A DNA stretch of 64,000 bases, taken from positions 914 to 64,913 of the forward strand of contig JAQWYM010000038.1 in NCBI GenBank assembly GCA_029253965.1, in the 5' to 3' direction. This stretch comes from Gammaproteobacteria bacterium (lineage in GTDB: Bacteria > Pseudomonadota > Gammaproteobacteria > UBA4575). Both the position numbers and the translations under genes were made by a program. This document shows, piece by piece, positions 17,988-27,513 of the stretch. Under the pieces are notes generated by a model, which was given only the letters and a program-made list of their open reading frames with translations, was not told where the DNA came from and did no database searches. Positions within the stretch are counted from its first letter, which is position 1. The number at the start of each line of letters is the position of its first letter.

Positions 17988-18527
17988 TTAACTCCTAGAA
18001 GTATTGGAATCTTTTAAACGCTTTATAAAGTAATAACTTACAGGTAAAAGCAGGGCCCACTCAAGTGAAAACACGAGTAGGGACTGCCATAGCGGTTCAG
18101 CGAAGCTGAGTGCATCAAAGCGGCTGCCAGCATAGTAACTACTGATACTGCCAAAGGCGCCTGCTAACATCGCTATAAGCGGCTTACGATGCAGCCAGTA
18201 GAGGCTGTGTGGCAGACTGACAGCAAATACCATCCATAGGGTTAGTAACCAGTAGGGAATAGCTAAAAATGATGCATTGCTGGCATAAAAACTAACAACC
18301 TCAAAGGTTTGATTGAGTGAGTCAAGCAATAAGCCAATACTGGTGACGCCAACCAGTATTATAAAATCAACAGAGGCATGAGGGCTGAAGCTAAAATGCA
18401 GTGCCAGATAGATGATAGCGGCTATGACACCTAGTGAGGCGTCTTGCTCAACAGCAGCATAGGCACAGGCAGCCCAAACTAATTGTAGACCGATAAAGTT
18501 AAATACAAAGAAAAAGTTTATTTTCAT
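17988..18527 (-). CDS. Multi-TM membrane protein (DUF2878-like)
   Basis: Five or six hydrophobic helices. Overlaps the upstream CFA-synthase-like gene by 4 nt. This is the position usually taken by DUF2878 in such clusters. Confidence 0.5.
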   Translation of the reverse strand: MKINFFFVFNFIGLQLVWAACAYAAVEQDASLGVIAAIIYLALHFSFSPHASVDFIILVGVTSIGLLLDSLNQTFEVVSFYASNASFLAIPYWLLTLWMVFAVSLPHSLYWLHRKPLIAMLAGAFGSISSYYAGSRFDALSFAEPLWQSLLVFSLEWALLLPVSYYFIKRLKDSNTSRS

Positions 18528-19795
18528 CTGTGCAGGTTCAACTCATAGTTACTGCGTGGTTTTTTGAAACATAAATGTTGAATATCAATAACACGCTCTT
18601 CAAAGCCAGCTTGACAGTACTTTAAATAATACTCCCAGAGACGAATGAATGATTCTGGATAACCAAGGCTGATCACTTTTTCATAATTTGTGATGAAGCG
18701 TTCATGCCAGAGTTCTAAGGTCTTAGCGTAACTAGAGGCAAAGGCTTCAGAATGAAATAACGTCAAGTCAGTCTTACGACTTACGCTGTCCAGCATTGAG
18801 TGCATACTGGTAAGACAGCCACCAGGGAAGATGTATTTCTGAATGAAATCCACTGAGCGTAAGTAGTCTTGATACATGTAATCAGAGATTGTAATCGCTT
18901 GTATTAGCATGATGCCGTTTTCCTTTAGACGTTGGCTGCATACCTGAAAGTAGCTATCCATGTATTGATGGCCAACGGCTTCAATCATTTCAATCGAAAC
19001 AAGCTTGTCATATTCACCCTCTAATTCACGATAGTCTTGTTTTAATAGGGTAATACGATCTTCTAGGCCTGCTTTCTTAATAGAATTTTTTGCGTAGGCA
19101 TGCTGTTCATCAGAGATGGTGGTGGTTGTAATTCGGCAGTTATAGTTTTTTGCTGCATAAATGGCAAAGCCACCCCAACCAGTACCAATTTCTAAAACAT
19201 GATCATTCTCATTCAAATCTAGCTTCTCACAGATCACACGCAGCTTTTTTACTGAAGCCTCTTCAAGTTGCTTTATATCCTTACTAAAATAGGCTGATGA
19301 ATACATCATGCTAGGGTCTAAAAATAGAGCATATAAGTCATTGCCAATATCATAATGTGCGCTGATATTCTTTTTTGAACCGATCCTATTGTTTTTACGT
19401 AAAAAATGTAGTGCTGAAAAGGCATAACGCGAAAAGACACCTAGGTCTGCATCCAATGAAAACATGACCTCTCGATTAAGTATGAGTAAGCGCAATACAT
19501 CTATGACTGATTCTGAACTCCACCAGGCATCGACATAGGCCTTTCCTGCGGCAGGTTCACCACCAAAGACGATACTTTTAAAGCAGGCTGGGTTGTCGAT
19601 ACAGATATGTGCATCTAACGAGATGCCAGAATCTTTGCTGCCAAATTCAGTCACTTCATTAGCAAACTCAAGGCGTAAATAACCCTGTGTTATTTTATTT
19701 AACTTGGCAAAAAGTAAATCTTTAGCCAGTCGATCAAGCCAGTTCATATTAACGGTGTTTAATGACTTGCTTTGCTCTTTTGGAATAATAGACAT
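18524..19795 (-). CDS. Cyclopropane-fatty-acyl-phospholipid synthase family SAM-dependent methyltransferase
   Basis: AHYDIGNDLY, the SAM motif VLEIGTGWGG, IEMIEAVG and a C-terminal YLKYCQAGFE. Confidence 0.85.
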   Translation of the reverse strand: MSIIPKEQSKSLNTVNMNWLDRLAKDLLFAKLNKITQGYLRLEFANEVTEFGSKDSGISLDAHICIDNPACFKSIVFGGEPAAGKAYVDAWWSSESVIDVLRLLILNREVMFSLDADLGVFSRYAFSALHFLRKNNRIGSKKNISAHYDIGNDLYALFLDPSMMYSSAYFSKDIKQLEEASVKKLRVICEKLDLNENDHVLEIGTGWGGFAIYAAKNYNCRITTTTISDEQHAYAKNSIKKAGLEDRITLLKQDYRELEGEYDKLVSIEMIEAVGHQYMDSYFQVCSQRLKENGIMLIQAITISDYMYQDYLRSVDFIQKYIFPGGCLTSMHSMLDSVSRKTDLTLFHSEAFASSYAKTLELWHERFITNYEKVISLGYPESFIRLWEYYLKYCQAGFEERVIDIQHLCFKKPRSNYELNLHR

Positions 19796-19808
19796 CGGTC
19801 TCTCTTAA

Positions 19809-20564
19809 CTAAGGTTTTTTATAAGGTACATACTTGATACCTTTGATCCACAATTTTAGTGCCTGCCAATAAATAGCCAAAATAATTTTAAAGCTCATTA
19901 ATGGGAAATTGCATAGCGTGCTGCGCAGGGTTTGCGCATTTAATGATTTTCTCTCTAAGTTCATCTTTGCTGAGAATAAGATTTCGTCTTCAACTAGATT
20001 TTCAATTTGTACCTCTAGCCTTTCAAGAGGCTGGGAAATTTGCCAACGGTATTGCATGTCAGAATGCATGAAAGGTGATACATGGAAGGTCTTCTGGTGC
20101 TGAGCATGAAATACTTCTGCGTTTGATTGGTTAGCACTGAGCACATAACAGTGTTGTTCATTCCATGGTGTATTACTGACTTCAGCAACAATATGTGTGA
20201 GGTTTTCACCGCTCAGATCAAAGCAAAAATAAAGACTTAATGGGTTGAAGGCATAACCTAATAATCTAAACTGAGTTAAGAGCCGAATGGGGCCTGCAAC
20301 TGGTTGCTGGGTTCGCTCTAAGACTAATTGACGAATACTGCTACTCAGTGTTGTTTTGTCACAGCCATAATGATCTTTGCGTCGAAATGAGGCGACATTA
20401 AAACGATCTATTCCCCACAACCAAAAGGGTTTAAAGGTCTGTTCTAATTCATCAAGATCAACATACAACATAAATAGTTGATATTGAAATGAATGAACTC
20501 TGGGTAGGTTACGCTGATGCCAAACGCTGCCCTGATAAATGCAGCTATGCTGTGTTGGCTTCAT
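19809..20564 (-). CDS. DUF1365 family protein
   Basis: IYQGSVWHQR..P..H.F.Y.LFM.Y.DLDEL and the FRRKDH motif. I prefer the ATG at 20564, which overlaps the end of the upstream gene. Confidence 0.7.
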   Translation of the reverse strand: MKPTQHSCIYQGSVWHQRNLPRVHSFQYQLFMLYVDLDELEQTFKPFWLWGIDRFNVASFRRKDHYGCDKTTLSSSIRQLVLERTQQPVAGPIRLLTQFRLLGYAFNPLSLYFCFDLSGENLTHIVAEVSNTPWNEQHCYVLSANQSNAEVFHAQHQKTFHVSPFMHSDMQYRWQISQPLERLEVQIENLVEDEILFSAKMNLERKSLNAQTLRSTLCNFPLMSFKIILAIYWQALKLWIKGIKYVPYKKP

Positions 20565-21813
20565 TACAATTTCTTTTAATTGCGTTGACTGCTTGTAATG
20601 CGCTCCAAACACCATCCTCATGAAAACCATGACGCCAATAAGCGCCACAATAAGAGGTGTTGTTGAGTTGATTCATTGTTGTGAATTGCTGTTGTGCCTC
20701 GATCGCTGCTTGGTTGAATACTGGATGCATATAGTTAACACGAGCATAAACACAAGCCTCATCAATCAAGCCATCATCATTCAAGGTAACGAAATAATCC
20801 TTGTCACTCTCTATTTTTTGTAAAAGATTCATATAGTAAGTGAGCTGCACTCGGTCAGTAGGTTTTTCAGGGATATAGTAGTTCCAAGCAGCCCAGCTAT
20901 TTTTGCGTTTCGGCATCAGGCTGCTATCACTGTGCAGGGTGGCAATGTTGAGTTGGTAGTTGAGGGCTGACAAGCAGTCCTTTTCTAAAGTTGTTGGCTG
21001 CTCTAATAAGCGCAACGCTTGATCACTATGACAGGCGAAAATGACATGATCAAAATACTGTAGATTATGATTACTACTGGTTTCAATTTGAACGCCACTG
21101 CGTGATCTATGTACTGAGCGAACAGCGGTGTTTAGATGAATTTTCTCTCGAAAAGGCTGGCACAAACGACTGACATACTCTTTTGAGCCGCCGACAATAG
21201 TCTTCCATTGTGGGCGCTTGAAGAGATTCAGAAGACCATGATTCTGGAAGAAGTGTAGGAAGCTGGCTGCGGGGTATTCTTGGATACTTGCAGGGCTGGA
21301 TGACCAGATTGCTGCGCCCATAGGTAAGATGTAGTAATTAATAAAAGCGTCACTAAATCTATGTTCTGCTAGAAACTCAGCTAATGTCCAGTGGCTATCC
21401 TTGTTTGCTGCAACATAGCGTTTAGCTTGTTTATTAAAGCGCAGCATGTCGAATAAGATTTGATAAGGTTGCAACCGCCAAAAATTATCACGATTAAAAA
21501 TTAGGCTGGCCAGTGTATTGCCAGCCCATTCAAATTTTGTGCTCTCTGATTTAGCCGAAAAACCCATATCAGAATTATGGATGTCTACACCTAGTGGTAA
21601 AACCATCTCTTGGAAATGTGGGTAGGTCCAATCATTGAATACAATAAAACCTGTATCAATAGGAATTTCTCTACCCGCCTCTTCAACGCTGAGTGTGTTG
21701 GCATGACCGCCAATATGGCTGTCTGCTTCAAAGATCGTGATTTCATGATCCGCTTGTAGGTGGTGTGCTGCTGTTAGTCCTGAGACACCCGCACCAATTA
21801 TTGCTATTCGCAT
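20545..21813 (-). CDS. FAD-dependent oxidoreductase (amine-oxidase/phytoene-desaturase-like)
   Basis: N-terminal dinucleotide fold MRIAIIGAGVSGLTAA..L and GGH motifs, with a C-terminal GAYWRHGFHEDG. Confidence 0.8.
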   Translation of the reverse strand: MRIAIIGAGVSGLTAAHHLQADHEITIFEADSHIGGHANTLSVEEAGREIPIDTGFIVFNDWTYPHFQEMVLPLGVDIHNSDMGFSAKSESTKFEWAGNTLASLIFNRDNFWRLQPYQILFDMLRFNKQAKRYVAANKDSHWTLAEFLAEHRFSDAFINYYILPMGAAIWSSSPASIQEYPAASFLHFFQNHGLLNLFKRPQWKTIVGGSKEYVSRLCQPFREKIHLNTAVRSVHRSRSGVQIETSSNHNLQYFDHVIFACHSDQALRLLEQPTTLEKDCLSALNYQLNIATLHSDSSLMPKRKNSWAAWNYYIPEKPTDRVQLTYYMNLLQKIESDKDYFVTLNDDGLIDEACVYARVNYMHPVFNQAAIEAQQQFTTMNQLNNTSYCGAYWRHGFHEDGVWSALQAVNAIKRNCNEANTA

Positions 21814-21856
21814 TGCTGTTCTCTTTTGCTGCTATATCTGTAAAAAGTTGACACGA

Positions 21857-22648
21857 TTAATGTCTGCTCGGTTTCATGCTGAGTTTGAGTAACGCAAAAC
21901 GTAAGCGCTCAGGGAGGTAGGCTAAAAACTTCAGGGATAAACTCATGCGCTTAGGAAAATGGATTTCAAAGTGATTTTTTGCCATACCATTTAATATTGC
22001 CATACTCGCTTTTTCTGCGGATATTAATGCTGGCATAGGGAAGTCATTACGCGCGGTGAGCTCAGTTGCAACAAAGCCCGGACAAATAACTTGGGTGCAG
22101 ATGTTCTTAGTAGATAAGCTGACACGTAAGGCACTCAGCATATTGAAGATAGCGGCCTTACTTGCACCATAGGCCTCTGATCGTGGGATACCAATATAGC
22201 TGGCAACACTACTCATGCCGACGAGTTTGGCGTGCTCAGACTGTTCTAATAAGGGTAGAGCGCTTTCTATGCCATAAACCATACTAAGGAAATTAGTTTT
22301 TATGAGCTCTTCAAAGACAGTGCTATCAAAGGCATCCACATCAACATATTCACAGCTGCCAGCATTAAGAATAGCCAGATCGAGGCGTCCTTGATGCTGC
22401 TGTATCTCGCTGCAAATAGTTTGGTTGCTGGCTTTGAGGCAGAGATCAGCAGGCAGTAAATGCACTTGAGCCTTACTCGAACATTGACTTGCTGTTTGTT
22501 CTAAGTTCTTCCTTGAGCGTGCGCTTAGGTAGAGCTCGCAGTCGAATTGTGACAAGGCAATGGCCAGTGCGCGACCAATGCCGGAGGAGGCGCCGGTTAG
22601 CCAAATAACCTTGCCTGAAAATGCTTTTTGTAATTGCTTAGCAGACAC
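21857..22648 (-). CDS. Short-chain dehydrogenase/reductase
   Basis: TGASSGIGRA cofactor motif, NAG, and the catalytic Y..SK (YGASKAA). Confidence 0.85.
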   Translation of the reverse strand: MSAKQLQKAFSGKVIWLTGASSGIGRALAIALSQFDCELYLSARSRKNLEQTASQCSSKAQVHLLPADLCLKASNQTICSEIQQHQGRLDLAILNAGSCEYVDVDAFDSTVFEELIKTNFLSMVYGIESALPLLEQSEHAKLVGMSSVASYIGIPRSEAYGASKAAIFNMLSALRVSLSTKNICTQVICPGFVATELTARNDFPMPALISAEKASMAILNGMAKNHFEIHFPKRMSLSLKFLAYLPERLRFALLKLSMKPSRH

Positions 22649-22652
22649 GGTT

Positions 22653-23078
22653 CTAGATCTGTCCCTTAATTTTGCGAATAACGGCGCCTAGAATGGGTAT
22701 CTGTTCATAAACCATAGCACCAAGGTCATAATAGTCGCGTTGATAATGAATTAAGTCTTGGCGGTAGTGCAACACGCTGACACCATTCAAGAGAATGTCT
22801 CGCTTCGGAGCTAATGTCTTATGCCTGAGTCGCATCTCCCATTCTAAGCTGCTCTTATCTGCTGTGCTGATTGATCCTAGTAATTCAAAATGACAAGACT
22901 GCACCCCTGCGTAGATGTCTTCAAAGTAAGTGATTAAATTGGCGCAGCCATGGATACGTTTTACAGGGTCGATAAACTCTGCATCAACATGATAGAGCTG
23001 ATTTAAAATAGTCGATGCCGTAGCAGCATTGATGGCGTTCATTTTCTCTAAAAAATCGGTATCTCTAACGCTACTCAT
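22653..23078 (-). CDS. NTF2/SnoaL-like fold protein
   Basis: 141 aa. The size and the position between the SDR and DUF3429 genes are typical of this conserved cluster. Motif support is weak. Confidence 0.45.
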   Translation of the reverse strand: MSSVRDTDFLEKMNAINAATASTILNQLYHVDAEFIDPVKRIHGCANLITYFEDIYAGVQSCHFELLGSISTADKSSLEWEMRLRHKTLAPKRDILLNGVSVLHYRQDLIHYQRDYYDLGAMVYEQIPILGAVIRKIKGQI

Positions 23079-23152
23079 AAGGTATGGCTTCCGCTATTTT
23101 TGAGTGAAATTTAGGGTTAAGTGCTGCGTCTATTGTATATATCATCATTATT

Positions 23153-23596
23153 TCAATTCGCTATTACAAGGGTTTGGCTGAGGAGACAGGTTACAACGAT
23201 GACACTTATACGTCTGCGTAGAAGGTAATAGTGCGTTGATATGCATTTACTATGCTTGAGATTGCGGTCTATCAACCAAAGTAAACAGAAGATAAGAGCA
23301 TGCAGCAAAAGCGCAAGTTTTTGACTTAGTAAAAGATAAGAAAACCAAGCACTGAGGCTGCAAATATTACTCATAATAAAGAGTTGACTGCTCCACCTCT
23401 GATCCAGGTCTAAGCTTTGTCCCCAATGAACACCAGACATGAAACTAATAATCACAAGGCTATAGCTGAGTAGAATATCCAGCCAAGACAAGCCGACAAT
23501 GACTGTTTCAATTTGAAACGAAATCATCAGCGTGCAGGCGATAAACGGTATTACACCAGCATGAGCTAATAAGGCTGTGGTTCGGTCACGGTCCAT
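23153..23596 (-). CDS. Small membrane protein (DUF3429-like)
   Basis: Four hydrophobic helices with a GVHWG motif. First gene of the lipid-modification string. Confidence 0.5.
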   Translation of the reverse strand: MDRDRTTALLAHAGVIPFIACTLMISFQIETVIVGLSWLDILLSYSLVIISFMSGVHWGQSLDLDQRWSSQLFIMSNICSLSAWFSYLLLSQKLALLLHALIFCLLWLIDRNLKHSKCISTHYYLLRRRISVIVVTCLLSQTLVIAN

Positions 23597-23648
23597 ATGG
23601 TTACTGCATGTCCTAGGTTATACGTTAAAATTTATGGCCCTGTATTCA

Positions 23649-24233
23649 TTAACCCTGCTCTATATACCTAAAGGTTAGATTGATGCGTCCAGTAATAATA
23701 CCTTTCTGTTTTGGTACGCTATGTCGCCAGTATTGTTGGCAGCAGCCAGCCATTAATAGAGCGCTGCCGCTGCTTAGATCAATCTTGCGTAATTCTTTTG
23801 TAGTGACGTGTTGTAGTTTAAATAGCCGAGTAGCGCCGAGGTTTACCGAGGCGATAGCGGGCTGGCCTCCTAACTGTTTTTCATTGTCTCGGTGCCAGCC
23901 CATGCTGTCATTGCCATCACGATAATAGTTGAGTAGAACACTGTTAAAACGGCGCTTAAAAAAGCCTTCGACCCGTTCTCTCAAGTGGCTCAACTCTGCA
24001 GTCCACGGCTGAGCAATATAATCTGCTCCAGAGTAGCGATAATTAGCACCAACATCACCATGCCAAGCTATCAGTCGGGGCTGTAGCATGCGTTTCCCGA
24101 AGAGGGTGATACTGCGCTGCTCCCAGGCGATAGAGTCGCTTAGACTTAAATACAAGACATCACTTTCTTCCACTGTTAACAAAGCAGAGTTAAAATAAAG
24201 TTCGCCGTCATAGGGTAAAAGATTGTCTGCCAT
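23649..24233 (-). CDS. alkB: Fe(II)/2-oxoglutarate-dependent dioxygenase, AlkB DNA/RNA dealkylation repair family
   Basis: WHRDNE (HxD), a distal His (YWRHSVP) and the RINLTFR tail, as in E. coli AlkB (RYNLTFR). Confidence 0.8.
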   Translation of the reverse strand: MADNLLPYDGELYFNSALLTVEESDVLYLSLSDSIAWEQRSITLFGKRMLQPRLIAWHGDVGANYRYSGADYIAQPWTAELSHLRERVEGFFKRRFNSVLLNYYRDGNDSMGWHRDNEKQLGGQPAIASVNLGATRLFKLQHVTTKELRKIDLSSGSALLMAGCCQQYWRHSVPKQKGIITGRINLTFRYIEQG

Positions 24234-24375
24234 GGATTTGTTTTAATTTAGCGTGGCTGCAAAGTAATTTGTACATGAATTGTAACCCCTAAATCTTTCT
24301 TTAAACATAACAGATAATATACAAGCGCTGTTTGAGTGCTAAAATATCTGTACAAGAACTATATGAGATTCAAGA

Positions 24376-24768
24376 ATGTCGGCTAATCAAGCTCTGCGTG
24401 TTTTTTATGATGACCTCTGCCCATTGTGCAGCAAAGAAATTAACCATTACCGCAAATTAGTTAAGCACGTGGCGGTCGATTGGGTTGAGATTAGTCGCTC
24501 AGCAGAATTAATTGAAAGTTTCGCTTTGACGCGTGAACAATTGCTTAAACGCATCCATGTGATTACAGCGGAAGGTGAGGTGGTCAGTGGTGCGCGAGCA
24601 TTTACACTGATTTGGAAGGCACTTCACTATTATCGTGTGCTCGGCGTGATAGTGACTCGATTACGCATGATTGGCCTATTAGATCGATTATATGAGCCCT
24701 ATGCAGATAGTCGCTATAAAAAACGCATGAGCTGTCACGATGATAGTAGTGCAGGCTCTAATCGTTGA
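24376..24768 (+). CDS. Thiol-disulfide oxidoreductase DCC family (DUF393)
   Basis: N-terminal VFYDDLCPLCSKEI motif (D-C-x2-C). Overlaps the downstream photolyase homologue by 4 nt. Confidence 0.75.
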   Translation: MSANQALRVFYDDLCPLCSKEINHYRKLVKHVAVDWVEISRSAELIESFALTREQLLKRIHVITAEGEVVSGARAFTLIWKALHYYRVLGVIVTRLRMIGLLDRLYEPYADSRYKKRMSCHDDSSAGSNR

Positions 24769-26282
24769 GTACTTTCCGTGTTGGTTTAATCTTTCCTAAC
24801 CAGCTTTTTCATGTGCCTACAATTATAGATTGTGATGTCGATCTGTTGTTACTCGTGGAAGATGAGCTTTTCATCGCAGATCATAACTATAAAATCTATT
24901 TTCATAAGCAAAAATTAGCTTACCAACGCTCGTCTATGGCGCATTACGCGCAATACCTAAAAGAAGCAGGGCAGAGCGTACAGCGGCTTGCTTATGATGC
25001 TGAAAAAACCTGTCTGTCTCGGCTGCTGTCAGTAATCAAAGAATCAAAGCCAGATTTGGACCTGAGCCTGCTTGTACTCTGTTGTTATGAGCCGTCAGAT
25101 TTCATCCTCCAAAAACGATTGCAGCGCCTAAGCACTGAACTGGGTTTTAGCATTCAATGGTTATCGAATCCTAGTTTTCTAAACACCAAGGAAGATAACC
25201 GTATTTGGCGTAGTCAGCATAAGCGATGGTTTATGGCAGACTTTTATAAAGATCAGCGCAGACGTCTCAATATTCTTATGCAGGATGCTCAGCCAGTGGG
25301 AGGCCAATGGAGTTTTGACCAAGATAATAGGAAGAAGATTGTAAAAGCTGCGGTGAAAGATATTCCAAAACTCGCTTATGCGACGAATGATGCTATTGAT
25401 GCTCAGGCGATAGAGTCGGTAACAGATGAATTCGTTGATCATTACGGGCAGCTAAATGAAATCATCTATCCGACAACCCATGAAGCAGCCCGAGAATGGC
25501 TGGATGAGTTTTTAATTCAGCGGTTTAGCCAGTTTGGTCGCTATGAAGACGCTATGCTGCCTGATCAATCATGGCTTTATCACTCGGTATTATCACCGAT
25601 GTTGAATAATGGCTTATTAACGCCGGCTGAGGTTATTGCAGCAGCATTAAACTATGCAAAGACACAGGCTATAGCGATGAATAATGTGGAAGGTTTTATT
25701 CGCCAAATTATTGGCTGGCGTGAATTCATGAGGGCAACTTATGATGAGTCATCCGTGTTCATGCGTAATGAAAACGTCTGGCAACACCATCGACCTATGC
25801 CCAAAGCCTTTTATCAGGCGACAACAGGAATGCCACCGGTAGATCAGTGCATCCAGCGCGTTATGGATACGGCTTACTGCAACCATATAGAGCGTTTAAT
25901 GGTGCTTGGTGGATTTATGTTTTTATGTGAAATTGACCCGAATGACATTTATCGCTGGTTTATGGAATTGTTCATTGATTCATATGATTGGGTCATGGTG
26001 CCAAATATTTTCTGTATGAGCCAAAATGCAGCAGGCAGTTTTATGACCAGTAAACCTTATTTTTCAGGATCAAATTATATTCTTAAAATGAGCAATTATG
26101 CCAAAGGTGAATGGTGTCAGGTTTGGGATGGTTTGTTTTGGCGTTGGATTGATAAAAATCAAGCGTCATTAAAAGGCAATCCACGCTGGAGTATGATGTG
26201 TGCACAATTAAACAAGATGGCTCCCGAAAAACGAGAGAGCCACCTAAACGTTGCTAATCAATATCTGCAAGAGCTAAGCTAG
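24765..26282 (+). CDS. Cryptochrome/photolyase-family protein of the CryPro / FeS-BCP [(6-4) photolyase PhrB/CryB-like, COG3046] type
   Basis: 505 aa. LIFPNQLF N-terminus, FYKDQRRR, GGQWSFD.DNRK, the SxLSPMLN.GLLTP motif, FIRQIIGWREF, NHIERLM and FIDSYDWVMVPN. Confidence 0.8.
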   Translation: MSTFRVGLIFPNQLFHVPTIIDCDVDLLLLVEDELFIADHNYKIYFHKQKLAYQRSSMAHYAQYLKEAGQSVQRLAYDAEKTCLSRLLSVIKESKPDLDLSLLVLCCYEPSDFILQKRLQRLSTELGFSIQWLSNPSFLNTKEDNRIWRSQHKRWFMADFYKDQRRRLNILMQDAQPVGGQWSFDQDNRKKIVKAAVKDIPKLAYATNDAIDAQAIESVTDEFVDHYGQLNEIIYPTTHEAAREWLDEFLIQRFSQFGRYEDAMLPDQSWLYHSVLSPMLNNGLLTPAEVIAAALNYAKTQAIAMNNVEGFIRQIIGWREFMRATYDESSVFMRNENVWQHHRPMPKAFYQATTGMPPVDQCIQRVMDTAYCNHIERLMVLGGFMFLCEIDPNDIYRWFMELFIDSYDWVMVPNIFCMSQNAAGSFMTSKPYFSGSNYILKMSNYAKGEWCQVWDGLFWRWIDKNQASLKGNPRWSMMCAQLNKMAPEKRESHLNVANQYLQELS

Positions 26283-26689
26283 CATTGTTCCCAAGGTAGA
26301 TTATGATATCGCCAACCCCCCACTGTGCTGCGTTGGCTTGACTCATCCCTATCTCCCTCAAAACCCTCTGTGACATTATAAATGCGATCAAAACCGTGTT
26401 TAAGCAAATGTTTCCCAGCAGCATTTGAACGATTACCGCTGCGACAGATTAAGACTAGCGTGGCACTATGCTTGGTAAGTTTTTTTCCCTCAATCAAGCG
26501 TGTGATGTCCTGTATAAAGTCCTCATTCTCGATCCAGTTTGGCTCGTCAATCCAAGCGATATGAGTCGCATTGCTTGGATGACCTACAAAGAGGAACTCC
26601 ATGCTTGAGCGCACATCAATGAGTAGTGTTCCAGGTTTGCTTAAGACTAATTCATGAGCATCAAGGCAACTCAAACCACGAACCTTCAT
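26279..26689 (-). CDS. Rhodanese-domain sulfurtransferase
   Basis: Active-site loop CRSGNRS. Single domain, 136 aa. Confidence 0.85.
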   Translation of the reverse strand: MKVRGLSCLDAHELVLSKPGTLLIDVRSSMEFLFVGHPSNATHIAWIDEPNWIENEDFIQDITRLIEGKKLTKHSATLVLICRSGNRSNAAGKHLLKHGFDRIYNVTEGFEGDRDESSQRSTVGGWRYHNLPWEQC

Positions 26690-27390
26690 TAAGGTAACTC
26701 ACTTGTTGACTGTTGCGCCAACTTGCGACTAGTAATCAGATGCTCTAAGGCGCTAATTTTATCTGCTAACTGTCTTTTTTTATTGAAATCAAGATAAGAA
26801 ATATGTTTTTCACTGAGGGATGCATAAGCAATATCTAAACGCTGCTTATAATCCCCCAGTATTGATCTTGGATCCTTCAGATCAGTGCTGTAGCGATTAT
26901 AAAAGGATTTATCTTCATGCAAGGCATAGACTAACGCGGCATAGGTTAAAGCAAAAGTGTTGCTATAGGCCTTGTATTCAGCCAAATTGTTTATCTGGCT
27001 CTGTGCGTCTTTCACACGGGTTGAAAATGTTTGACTAAATCCAGTCAGTTTCTTAGCGAAATCTCCACTGAGCTGATATTCAACAATTAATTCTAATAAA
27101 ATATCAGAAATCTCTAGACGAAGATTGTCATAAGCAAGTAAAGCAGATAAAAAGCTTTCTTCATTGATAGAGGTATTAGTCGTGTTTTCTAATTCACCTT
27201 CATATTTTAACTTCAAAAGATGCGCTTTCTTCAGGCTTATATTCTCTGGCAGGTGCTGTAAGGGCTGATTAAGTGATGGTTTAGGATGAGCAGTTCCAGC
27301 GTGACTGTATGCGCAAAAGTGAATTAAACAAAAACTCAGGATAAAGATTTTGCCAAAGTAATCACAGGCAGAATGAATCTTAGTAAACAT
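26689..27390 (-). CDS. Hypothetical secreted protein
   Basis: Signal-like N-terminus begins at the internal ATG at 27390 (MFTKI..FCAYSHA). Its stop overlaps the rhodanese start by 1 nt (TAATG coupling). Confidence 0.4.
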   Translation of the reverse strand: MFTKIHSACDYFGKIFILSFCLIHFCAYSHAGTAHPKPSLNQPLQHLPENISLKKAHLLKLKYEGELENTTNTSINEESFLSALLAYDNLRLEISDILLELIVEYQLSGDFAKKLTGFSQTFSTRVKDAQSQINNLAEYKAYSNTFALTYAALVYALHEDKSFYNRYSTDLKDPRSILGDYKQRLDIAYASLSEKHISYLDFNKKRQLADKISALEHLITSRKLAQQSTSELP

Positions 27391-27513
27391 TGTATTTTCC
27401 AAGCCCAGAAGGAAAGGGTAAACGTGGCAGCATTCGGGGCTATACAAATGGCGACGCTTTAGCGGAAATTTATAGCTCGCCCCGCAAGTTGTTAGTTAAA
27501 TCGGCGATCAAAA

